From NCBI GenBank assembly GCA_023251875.1, contig JAHEXY010000012.1:16111-80110 (forward strand): a stretch of DNA of 64,000 nucleotides, given 5' to 3'. Positions 12,044-19,781 of this stretch are shown in pieces. A model generated the notes under the pieces. The model ran no database searches and was not told the origin of the DNA. It saw only the letters and a list, made by a program, of their open reading frames with translations. The first letter of the stretch is position 1; each line of letters begins with the position of its first letter. The stretch comes from Bacteroidota bacterium (GTDB lineage: Bacteria > Bacteroidota > Bacteroidia > JAHEXY01). The translations under genes were made by a program, and so were the position numbers.

Positions 12044-13051
12044 TTATTTATATAATTCTACTGCGTTTTTAAGTCTTGCTTGAATTTTTCTTCTTAACCT
12101 TTTAGGAGATAAAATTTTTAAACTCTCTCCAAAACCTAGTATTTCTCTTTCCAATTCAAAATTCCATATTACCTCTATCGAAAAAACAGTTCCATCAACC
12201 TCTTCTTTCAGTACTATTTGAGAAGTATGAAGTGGTTTAGTAATAATGTACGGAGCATTCATTTTATTTATTTTCATTACAATTAAATCCGGTTTTTGAC
12301 CAGGCATTTTTGAAACTCCAATTACGTCATTAAAATAAGTTTCAATATTAAAATTGGGTTTAACATATTTTTCAGAAAGCAATTCTGCTATTTCAACCAT
12401 GCGATCCAAAGCTAAGATCATGAGCGTCTGTCCTTTTTTATTTACTCCCATGCTAAACCATCTATTTCTATATTCTTTTAACAAATAAGGATAAAAAATA
12501 ATTTGACTTGAGCTTTTTGCTTTAAACGATTGATAAGTTATTTGCAAGGTTTTTTTATTGATAATTGCTTTGTGAATAATATCAATAAATTGCAGACCTT
12601 TCAATAATTCATTTTTTTCAAAATCAATATACGATTTGCCCTTATTTTGTTGTTTCAGTAATTTATCTTCAAGCTTAGTAACCATTGTAGTTAATTCTTG
12701 AAAATAATTAAACCCCTTAAATTGTTTTAATATTTCTACTACTTCACTTAATGTGCCTAAATCTTGCCCTGTTAAAGGGATATTTGTAATGCTATAATTT
12801 TTGTCTTCATAGCTATAATGTTTTTTATTACTTACAATAATGGGAGCATTGTAACCAAGCTTTTCACTTCGCATATTTTGCAAATCAAGCTGTACTGATC
12901 TCTTGCTTATTCCCTTTGTAATTCCTTCGTATTCATACAAGGCCTCAGAACATGCCTCCATTAAATCTTCCAATGTCCATTTACGAAAACGGTTTTGCAA
13001 ACAGTTATCAATGGTTTTATAACGAATAAGAGCAAATTTGTTGATGGACAT
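12044..13051 (-). CDS. WYL-domain transcriptional regulator (YafY-like wHTH + WYL + C-terminal extension), divergent from rsr
   Basis: N-terminal wHTH (FALIRYKTIDNCL...ISKRSVQLDLQNMR) and the WYL hallmark ...IIFYPYLLKEYRNRWFSMGV. The start was chosen at the internal Met (MSINKF) because the upstream 35 codons look non-coding. Confidence 0.7.
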   Translation of the reverse strand: MSINKFALIRYKTIDNCLQNRFRKWTLEDLMEACSEALYEYEGITKGISKRSVQLDLQNMRSEKLGYNAPIIVSNKKHYSYEDKNYSITNIPLTGQDLGTLSEVVEILKQFKGFNYFQELTTMVTKLEDKLLKQQNKGKSYIDFEKNELLKGLQFIDIIHKAIINKKTLQITYQSFKAKSSSQIIFYPYLLKEYRNRWFSMGVNKKGQTLMILALDRMVEIAELLSEKYVKPNFNIETYFNDVIGVSKMPGQKPDLIVMKINKMNAPYIITKPLHTSQIVLKEEVDGTVFSIEVIWNFELEREILGFGESLKILSPKRLRRKIQARLKNAVELYK

Positions 13052-13099
13052 ATAAAAACTATTAAAATTGAGTTCCTTAAAGATAGTAAATTCAAAATC

Positions 13100-13118
13100 T
13101 ACGCAATCTATTTGCGCA
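13100..13118. promoter_or_regulatory. degenerate 8-3-8 palindrome, TACGCAAT cta TTTGCGCA. It sits in the WYL-regulator promoter region and is a candidate operator.
   Basis: Inverted repeat with TTGCGCA-like half-sites, about 100 bp from the perfect copy at 13202. Confidence 0.35.
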
Positions 13119-13201
13119 TTAATAGAACAAAACAAAATAAATTGCAAATTTTTCAATTGAATACCAATCAGTTAAATAAAATTAAGCAATATTATTTTAT
13201 C

Positions 13202-13220
13202 TGCGCAATTACATTGCGCA
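13202..13220. promoter_or_regulatory. perfect 8-3-8 palindrome, TGCGCAAT tac ATTGCGCA. It lies about 80 bp upstream of the rsr start and is a candidate operator.
   Basis: Perfect inverted repeat seen directly in the sequence. Confidence 0.45.
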
Positions 13221-13303
13221 ATAGTATATGAACTTTGTTTTATCAATAAGAAAATATAGAAACTTGTTGAGAAATAATGTCAAACCATTAATCAGTAGAA
13301 AAA

Positions 13304-14821
13304 ATGAAATTCAACATCTTTAAAAGAAACACAAATGTAGTAAACAACTTTGAAGGAGAAAAAGCATATCAATTAAATCCGGAAATGGAATTATATGCAG
13401 CTGTGGTTACTGCCGGTTTAAGTGATAACTTTTATGAAAAAACAGACGACCGTCTTTCTCGTATACAAAATTTGATTAAAAAAAACCAGGCTGAATATGT
13501 TGCTAAATTAGCCATTTATTCACGAAATCAAATGTACATGCGTAGCATGCCAATGGTATTGGCAGTTGAATTGGCAAAATTCAATTCAGGTAATGCAATC
13601 ATAAAGAAAACTGTGAGTGGTGTAGTAAAACGTGCTGATGAAATAACAGAATTGCTTGCGTACTATCAATTGGCAAATAAACGAAATGGTGTTAAAAAGT
13701 TAAATAAACTTTCTAAACAAATACAAAAAGGTTTGTCTGATGCATTCAATAATTTTGATGAGTATCAATTTGCTAAATATAACCGTGAGGCTGAAATCAA
13801 ATTGAGAGATGCATTGTTTCTTGTTCATCCCAAAGCAAAAGATGATAAGCAACAAATTCTTTTTAATAAAATTGCATCAAATGAATTGGCTGTACCCTAT
13901 TCTTGGGAAACTGAATTATCAGCATTAGGTCAATTAAAATATGTAGATGATAAAGAAAAAGCTGTTGCATTTCGTGCTAAATGGGAAGAATTGATTGATA
14001 GCAATAAAATAGGCTATATGGCTTTGTTAAGAAATTTGAGAAACATATTGGAGGCAGAAGTTTCGGCAACGCATGTAAAAAAAGTATGTTCTTATTTATC
14101 AAACGAAACTGCTGTAGCAAATTCAAAACAATTACCATTTCGCTTTTTAGCTGCATATCGAGAATTAAAACTGTTAAAGTTTGGTTTTGCATCAATGGTA
14201 TTGAATGCTTTAGAAGATGCAGTTGTTACAAGTGTAAAAAATCTAAAAGGTTTTGATGAAGATACCCGCGTATTAATTGCATGTGATGTATCGGGCTCAA
14301 TGCAAAAACCAATATCTGCAAGAAGCAAAATATTGTTATTCGATATTGGTTTGTTATTAGCCATGTTAATACAATCAAAATGCAAACACGTAGTAAGCGG
14401 AATGTTTGGTGATAGCTGGAAAATAATTAACATGCCTAATCGAGGAATATTGTCAAATGTTGATGAATATTATAAGCGGGAAGGTGAAGTAGGTTATTCA
14501 ACTAATGGCTATAAAGTAATTGATGATTTAGTAAATCGCAATGTAAAAATGGATAAAGTAATGTTATTTACTGATTGCCAATTGTGGAATAGTAACAAAA
14601 CAGATTCTAATATTGAAAAATCATGGAAAGCTTATAAAGCAATAGCGCCAAAAGCTAAATTATATTTGTTTGATTTAGCCGGTTATGGAAACACTCCATT
14701 AAATATGCAACAAAATGATGTGTATTTAATTGCCGGTTGGTCAGATAAAATATTTGATGTGCTTTCTTCTATTGAAAATGGAGTAAGTGCTATTGAAAAA
14801 ATTAAACAAATAGAGTTATAA
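13304..14821 (+). CDS. rsr: Ro60-like ribonucleoprotein Rsr (TROVE domain + von Willebrand factor A domain)
   Basis: The N-terminal region resembles the Ro60 TROVE start (Y......L......G...FYE). The C-terminal vWA has a MIDAS DVSGSM motif. The gene is followed by tRNA-like Y-RNA modules. Confidence 0.8.
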   Translation: MKFNIFKRNTNVVNNFEGEKAYQLNPEMELYAAVVTAGLSDNFYEKTDDRLSRIQNLIKKNQAEYVAKLAIYSRNQMYMRSMPMVLAVELAKFNSGNAIIKKTVSGVVKRADEITELLAYYQLANKRNGVKKLNKLSKQIQKGLSDAFNNFDEYQFAKYNREAEIKLRDALFLVHPKAKDDKQQILFNKIASNELAVPYSWETELSALGQLKYVDDKEKAVAFRAKWEELIDSNKIGYMALLRNLRNILEAEVSATHVKKVCSYLSNETAVANSKQLPFRFLAAYRELKLLKFGFASMVLNALEDAVVTSVKNLKGFDEDTRVLIACDVSGSMQKPISARSKILLFDIGLLLAMLIQSKCKHVVSGMFGDSWKIINMPNRGILSNVDEYYKREGEVGYSTNGYKVIDDLVNRNVKMDKVMLFTDCQLWNSNKTDSNIEKSWKAYKAIAPKAKLYLFDLAGYGNTPLNMQQNDVYLIAGWSDKIFDVLSSIENGVSAIEKIKQIEL

Positions 14822-14825
14822 GCCC

Positions 14826-14856
14826 AAGCCCTTTTCTAATTGCAGAAAAGGGCTTA
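14826..14856 (+). other. perfect 10-bp stem-loop immediately after the rsr stop codon. It lacks a U-tract and may be a processing or stability element or a partial terminator.
   Basis: aagccctttt ctaattgcag aaaagggctt. Confidence 0.5.
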
Positions 14857-15040
14857 TAAAAGGCCTTGTAGCTTAAATGGTCTGTTCTTTGAAAAATAAA
14901 TGATTAATACCGGAATGCCGTAGAAGCAAGATACTTCGGTACCAATAGGGAGCAAGCAGTATTAAAATACTGTTCCGGGTTGGACTCCCGGCTTACCATG
15001 CCCATTCTTGATTCGTCTTTTGCTTCTGGTAAAAAATAAA

Positions 15041-15160
15041 CGGTGCCGTATGAAAGAGATACTTCTTATGATTTATCTGTCGTTGGTTCGAATCCAACTT
15101 TCATGCAAATGAAATAGCTCAGTTGGTAGAGCAATAAAATGGCTCTTACAGTTTTTTGCC
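15041..15160 (+). ncRNA. Y-RNA-like unit 1 in the YrlA-like permuted tRNA arrangement: T-arm, loop-closed acceptor-like stem, D-arm
   Basis: T-arm GTTGG-TTCGAAT-CCAAC (15082-15098). Closed stem TTTCA-TGCAAA-TGAAA. D-arm AGCTCAGTTGGTAGAGCA (15116-15133). The 5' motif TGAAAGAG can pair with CTCTTACA after the D-arm. The unit ends in TTTTTT at 15152. Confidence 0.55.
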
Positions 15161-15177
15161 CGTTTTAAAATATTGAA

Positions 15178-15302
15178 TGGTGTCGTAGAAAAGAGTTACT
15201 TCGATTGTTACTCGAGAGGTTGTGGGTTCGAACCCCACCGGGATAACTATTACTTAAATTGTCCCGTAGCTCAATTGGCAGAGCACTATGCGTTCTTTTT
15301 TC
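15178..15302 (+). ncRNA. Y-RNA-like unit 2 in the YrlA-like permuted tRNA arrangement
   Basis: T-arm GTGGG-TTCGAAC-CCCAC (15222-15238). Closed acceptor-like stem CGGGA...TCCCG. D-arm AGCTCAATTGGCAGAGCA (15268-15285). Followed by a U-tract at 15293-15301. Confidence 0.55.
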
Positions 15303-15437
15303 GCTTGTTACCCATTCATTTAATAAATAGATGCCGTAGAAAATAGGTACTTCGTCCATAGAACAAACACTTTTTTCAATCATTGCTCTTTTTATTAATC
15401 TTTGCGTAATTTTAAATGTGGTAAATTCTTAAAAACA

Positions 15438-16457
15438 ATGTTCGATCCAAAACTTTTAAATGAAATGCTGGATGCAGGCTACATCAACATCCAAAAACAT
15501 CCTGAAGCTGATTTGTTTATTTATAATTATTCGCAAAAAGTGCAATATGACAGAATTTGGAATGAAGTTACTTTGCAATGCAGAGGCTTGATTCTTGACA
15601 AGCATCAAAACGTGGTTGCTCGCCCTTTTAGAAAATTCTTTAATCTGGGGGAAAGCGAAAATCAACATATTCCTAATGAAGCATTTGAAGTGTTTGAAAA
15701 AATGGATGGCTCCCTAGGTATTTTATATTGGCTAAATAACAAGCCTTGTATTGCTACCAGAGGGTCTTTTACAAGTGATCAAGCGTTTAAAGCAAATGCA
15801 ATTTTAAATGAAAAATATTCTACAATCTTTCCTAAACTTGATAGAAGCAAGACTTATTTGTTCGAGATTATTTATCCCGAAAACAGAATTGTATTGGATT
15901 ATGGAAAAACAGAAGACTTGTTTTTGCTAGCTATTATTGATCATGCAACGGGTCATGAAATGCGTCCTACAGACATTGGTTTTCCGGTGGTAAAACATTT
16001 TGATGGCATTCATGATATTAATAGACTAAGTGAACTTGAAGAAAACAATAAAGAAGGCTTTGTAATTAAATTTAGCAGTGGCTTGCGTTATAAGGTAAAG
16101 TTTAAAGAATATGTAAGAATTCATCGAATAATAACACAAGTATCAAACATTAATATTTGGGAATATTTAAAAGAGGGACAAACACTTGATGAATTACTCG
16201 ATAGAGTACCGGATGAATTTTATAGCTGGGTAAAAAAAACGAATTTAGATTTAGTAAATGCATATAAAGCCATTGAAGAAAAAGCTAAAAGCGAGTTTAA
16301 AGTTTTAGAAAATAGAAAGGATACTGCTTTGTATTTTCAGCAGTGTAAATATCCATCAGTGTTGTTTAATATGTTAGATAAGAAAGATTATTCTAAAACT
16401 ATATGGAAAATGCTTAGACCAACATTTTCAAAACCATTTTCAAACTTTGAAGAGTAA
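15438..16457 (+). CDS. ATP-dependent RNA ligase, T4 Rnl1 (gp63) family
   Basis: QCRGLILD...VARPFRKFFNLGE and nucleotidyltransferase motif I KMDGSL align with T4 Rnl1 ECRGIMF...RPMEKFFNLNE / KEDGSL. The start was moved to the ATG at 15438, which corresponds to the Rnl1 N-terminus. Confidence 0.8.
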   Translation: MFDPKLLNEMLDAGYINIQKHPEADLFIYNYSQKVQYDRIWNEVTLQCRGLILDKHQNVVARPFRKFFNLGESENQHIPNEAFEVFEKMDGSLGILYWLNNKPCIATRGSFTSDQAFKANAILNEKYSTIFPKLDRSKTYLFEIIYPENRIVLDYGKTEDLFLLAIIDHATGHEMRPTDIGFPVVKHFDGIHDINRLSELEENNKEGFVIKFSSGLRYKVKFKEYVRIHRIITQVSNINIWEYLKEGQTLDELLDRVPDEFYSWVKKTNLDLVNAYKAIEEKAKSEFKVLENRKDTALYFQQCKYPSVLFNMLDKKDYSKTIWKMLRPTFSKPFSNFEE

Positions 16458-16473
16458 GGCTCTAATCCTATAA

Positions 16474-16534
16474 ATCCTGACAGGTTTTATCTCAATTACC
16501 TACCAAGGTATTTCATAGCTAAACCTGTCAGGAT
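16474..16534. other. long intercistronic inverted repeat between the RNA ligase and kinase-phosphatase genes
   Basis: ATCCTGACAGGTTT ... AAACCTGTCAGGAT: perfect 14-bp arms with a 33-nt loop. Confidence 0.5.
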
Positions 16535-16556
16535 TATAAATAAAATTATTTGAACT

Positions 16557-17429
16557 ATGAAAAAGGTAATTATTATGCGAGGCCTGCCCGGAAGTGGTAA
16601 ATCAACCTATGCTAAAAAATTAGTAGAAGAAAATCCCAATAGCTATAAGCGTATTAATCGGGATGATTTACGAATGATGTTTGATAATGGCTATACGAGT
16701 GACGGAAATGAAAAATTTGTAAAAAAAGTTCGAGATATACTTATTATAAAAGCACTAGAAGAAGGCAAGCATGTAATTGTTGATGACACCAATCTCTCTG
16801 AGAAAAATGAAACTCGTATCCGCCAATTGGTTCATGAATTTAATAAAGCGCACAATGATGAAGTACAAGTAGAAATTAAAGAAATGGAAACCTCTCTTGA
16901 TGAATGTTTAAAACGTGATGCACTACGTGAAAAACCTGTTGGTCACAAAGTAATTAAAACTATGCATCGTCAATTCTTTCATAAAGATCCAGAATACAAA
17001 CAACAAGATGAAATACTTCCTAAAGCTATTATTTGCGATTTGGATGGCACCTTGGCATTCCTAAATGGAAGAAGTCCTTATGATGCTTCTCATTGTGATA
17101 AAGATTTATTAAATAAACCGGTTGCTAACACAATAAAGAATTATGCTAAACTTGGCTATAAAATTATTTTAGTTTCAGGAAGAAAAGATACGTATATGGA
17201 AACAACCAAAGTATGGTTAAAATTACATGACATTACATACGATATGCTGCTTATGCGTTCTGCAAATGACAATAGAAAAGATTCCATTATTAAACGTGAA
17301 ATATTTGATCAACATATCGCAAATAAATACTTTATTGAGTTCACCTTAGATGATCGCAATCAAGTAGTAGATATGTGGAGAAATGAATTAGGTGTTCCTT
17401 GCTTTCAGGTATATTATGGTAATTTTTAA
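16557..17429 (+). CDS. polynucleotide 5'-kinase / 3'-phosphatase, T4 Pnkp family
   Basis: N-terminal P-loop kinase GLPGSGKST...RINRDD. C-terminal HAD phosphatase with ICDLDGTLAF, VSGR and DDR motifs, collinear with T4 Pnkp. Confidence 0.85.
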   Translation: MKKVIIMRGLPGSGKSTYAKKLVEENPNSYKRINRDDLRMMFDNGYTSDGNEKFVKKVRDILIIKALEEGKHVIVDDTNLSEKNETRIRQLVHEFNKAHNDEVQVEIKEMETSLDECLKRDALREKPVGHKVIKTMHRQFFHKDPEYKQQDEILPKAIICDLDGTLAFLNGRSPYDASHCDKDLLNKPVANTIKNYAKLGYKIILVSGRKDTYMETTKVWLKLHDITYDMLLMRSANDNRKDSIIKREIFDQHIANKYFIEFTLDDRNQVVDMWRNELGVPCFQVYYGNF

Positions 17430-17464
17430 TGATAAAAGAAAACAATTTATTATGTTTTAAAAAC

Positions 17465-18439
17465 TCAATTCTGCTTTTGAATATTTCTCCTAATAGGTTT
17501 TGGTATGTGGGCTTTTCCTTTTGCGGTTTTAATACTGGCATTTAATTCAAAACCCAGAAGCAAGATAAGCGAGTTAAAATAAATCCAAAGCATTACTACT
17601 ATCATGGTTCCAATAGAACCATACACTTTATTGTACCTCGCAAAATGATTTACATAGTACGAAAAACCTACTGATGTTAGAACTGATAAAATGGTAGCAA
17701 ATGTTGAGCCTGGAGAAAAAAACCTCCATTTCATTTTTTTTGCAGGAACCATATAGTATAAAAATGAAAAAGTAAAAAACATTAAGGCCAGCAATACCAC
17801 CCATCTTAAAACAAGAATAAGTTGAGCAACATGAATTTCAATAATTCCATAATCGGCTAATGCATTAATGGCATACTCATTAAAAATAATAATACCAATG
17901 GATACAAGCACAAGAATTGAAATAATTAAGGTTAAAACAATTGCAATTATTCTTTGTATCAAAACAGAACGTGTTTCAATGGCATGATAAGAACTATTAA
18001 ATGCACTGATCATTCCAAAAACGCCATTGGTTGAAAAATACAGTGCTGCAATAAAACTAAATGAAAGTAAATCGGCACGCTTACGCTTTACAATATCTTG
18101 TATAGCTTCCATTAAAAGGCCATAAGCATTTTTGGGCAAAACATTTCCTAATAGCTTAAGTAATTCATCTTGAAAATTATGTACCGGTATATAGGCAATA
18201 AGCGTAAATAAAAATAGAATGGCAGGAAAAATGGCTAAGAAAAATTTAAAAGCTAAAGCAGATGCCCGTGTATTGATTGAACCTTTCTGTATACCATTGT
18301 AAAAAAAACTCCCTACATCAAAAAGTGGTAGGCCATCAAAACCGGGAAGATAAATTTTCCTTGATAAATTGATGAGATAAATAACAGGCTTTAACTTTAA
18401 TATAAATTTTGGAATCATATTAATACTAATATAAAACAA
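17465..18439 (-). CDS. YihY/BrkB-family inner-membrane protein
   Basis: A multi-transmembrane protein with the family-typical N-terminal ...GLPLFDVGSFFYNGIQKGSINTRASALAFKFFLAIFPAILF. Confidence 0.65.
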   Translation of the reverse strand: MFYISINMIPKFILKLKPVIYLINLSRKIYLPGFDGLPLFDVGSFFYNGIQKGSINTRASALAFKFFLAIFPAILFLFTLIAYIPVHNFQDELLKLLGNVLPKNAYGLLMEAIQDIVKRKRADLLSFSFIAALYFSTNGVFGMISAFNSSYHAIETRSVLIQRIIAIVLTLIISILVLVSIGIIIFNEYAINALADYGIIEIHVAQLILVLRWVVLLALMFFTFSFLYYMVPAKKMKWRFFSPGSTFATILSVLTSVGFSYYVNHFARYNKVYGSIGTMIVVMLWIYFNSLILLLGFELNASIKTAKGKAHIPKPIRRNIQKQN

Positions 18440-18460
18440 AATTTATTGAGTCTGTCATAT

Positions 18461-18967
18461 CTACTTGGTGATACCCAACTTTTTCTTTACAGCATCGGCA
18501 ATATTATCAACATCGCTCATATAAATATAGCCCTGGGTGTTATCATCCATAACATAAGAATAACCCTTCTCTTTTGCTACTGCAATTATAACTTCTCGTA
18601 TTTTATTTACAAGGGGATCGATCATAATTTCTCGTTTTGCGTCAATATCTTTTTGTGCATTTTCACGAAAACTGACATAATTATCTTCCATTAACTTTAT
18701 TTCTTTTCGCTTTTGATCTTTTATCAATGCTTGCATTTGCATAGAGTCTTTAGCAAAAGCTTCTGTTTTTATTTTGTATTCTTCTTGAATATGTTTTAAC
18801 TCTGCTTCATAGCTATTGGTAATTTTCACAAGACTATCTTGTGCTTGTTTATAGGCTGGCAAACTTTCCACCAATTGTTTATAATTAAGATGTGCCGTTT
18901 TAGTTTGAGCAATACTAAAATAGGTTGCTGAAATAAGTAATAGTGTTGAGAAATATATTTTTTTCAT
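18461..18967 (-). CDS. skp: OmpH/Skp-family periplasmic chaperone
   Basis: Signal peptide plus a coiled-coil-rich 168-aa protein with a KQ-rich pattern typical of OmpH. Confidence 0.7.
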   Translation of the reverse strand: MKKIYFSTLLLISATYFSIAQTKTAHLNYKQLVESLPAYKQAQDSLVKITNSYEAELKHIQEEYKIKTEAFAKDSMQMQALIKDQKRKEIKLMEDNYVSFRENAQKDIDAKREIMIDPLVNKIREVIIAVAKEKGYSYVMDDNTQGYIYMSDVDNIADAVKKKLGITK

Positions 18968-19043
18968 TTGAGCTGGGATTTATTTGTTGAAACAAATTCT
19001 TATACGCAAATATACTATCATTCGATAAATAACAAAACATCCA

Positions 19044-19781
19044 CTACATCCATTTAAAAGTTTCAATCAGATGAGATATATCTGCATTGATGAAATTCGA
19101 TACAGGAGCAATAGAATCTTTATTGGGTATGGCATTAAAATAAAGTGCTCCTCTGATAAAATTATAGGTACTATCCGTTAAATAAAATTGTAGAGAAGAA
19201 GCTGCATTACCTGCAATATGATAAATAACACCATACACTTTGTTTGTAGAATCAATAACAATTTCTTCGTCTATTGCATCTGCCTTTACAGTATGCTTGT
19301 ATGCTAATGATCGAGTGTCTTCTGTATACTGTTTTAAATTATTATTGATGTTTTTATAACTCAAATGTATTGTAGCTCTTTGCATTGGAAATTCAATGTT
19401 AATCCAGCAGGGTTCTTTAGGGCTCGATTTATCAGGAACTACAACGCTATATGTTGGTATTTCAAAACCAAAACTACAGGCAGAATCTACATAAGAAACA
19501 TATTTTTTTTCAGGTAAATCAATTCTAAAATACCCTCTTGGTTTAGGCATTTCATCAGTATGGCAAGAAGAAAAAACTTGAAAGAGAAAGAGTACAGTAA
19601 TAATGTTTAAAAAAGATAATTGTAATGAAACTTTTGTTACGTCATTACGGGTGAGGTACGAACGAAGTAATCTTTTTAAAATTAGCAGTTTAAAGAATAT
19701 GGATTGCTTCACTTCGTTTACAATGACGAATTTTGAAAGAACCCGTTTATTTTGATCGTTTTTAGAATCGTTACGCATCAT
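19044..19781 (-). CDS. gldD: gliding motility lipoprotein GldD
   Basis: Lipobox VFSSC followed by ...MPKPRGYFRIDLPEKKY. Translationally coupled to gldE by a 4-nt overlap. The true start may be downstream of the listed one. Confidence 0.55.
   Translation of the reverse strand: MMRNDSKNDQNKRVLSKFVIVNEVKQSIFFKLLILKRLLRSYLTRNDVTKVSLQLSFLNIITVLFLFQVFSSCHTDEMPKPRGYFRIDLPEKKYVSYVDSACSFGFEIPTYSVVVPDKSSPKEPCWINIEFPMQRATIHLSYKNINNNLKQYTEDTRSLAYKHTVKADAIDEEIVIDSTNKVYGVIYHIAGNAASSLQFYLTDSTYNFIRGALYFNAIPNKDSIAPVSNFINADISHLIETFKWM

Larger units (their letters stand above)
14905..15380 (+). ncRNA. candidate Y RNA (YrlA-like) array: structured non-coding region holding four copies of a 22-nt motif and two permuted tRNA-like modules
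   Basis: The motif GCCGTAGAA.AG.TACTTCG occurs at 14917, 15045, 15183 and 15333. No ORF is present. The region lies between rsr and the RNA ligase gene on the same strand. Confidence 0.55.

Noticed and set aside
15075-15290. Canonical tRNA genes suggested by perfect T-arms (GGTTCGAATCC) and D-arms (TAGCTCAGTTGGTAGAGC)
   Set aside because: In each case the T-arm precedes the D-arm. No anticodon arm is present, and the acceptor 5' strand has no complementary 3' strand; instead it closes on itself. They are therefore not functional linear tRNAs. I read them as permuted tRNA-like Y-RNA modules.
15402-15437. TTG start for the RNA ligase at 15402
   Set aside because: Alignment to the T4 Rnl1 N-terminus and an in-frame ATG at 15438 favour the shorter form.
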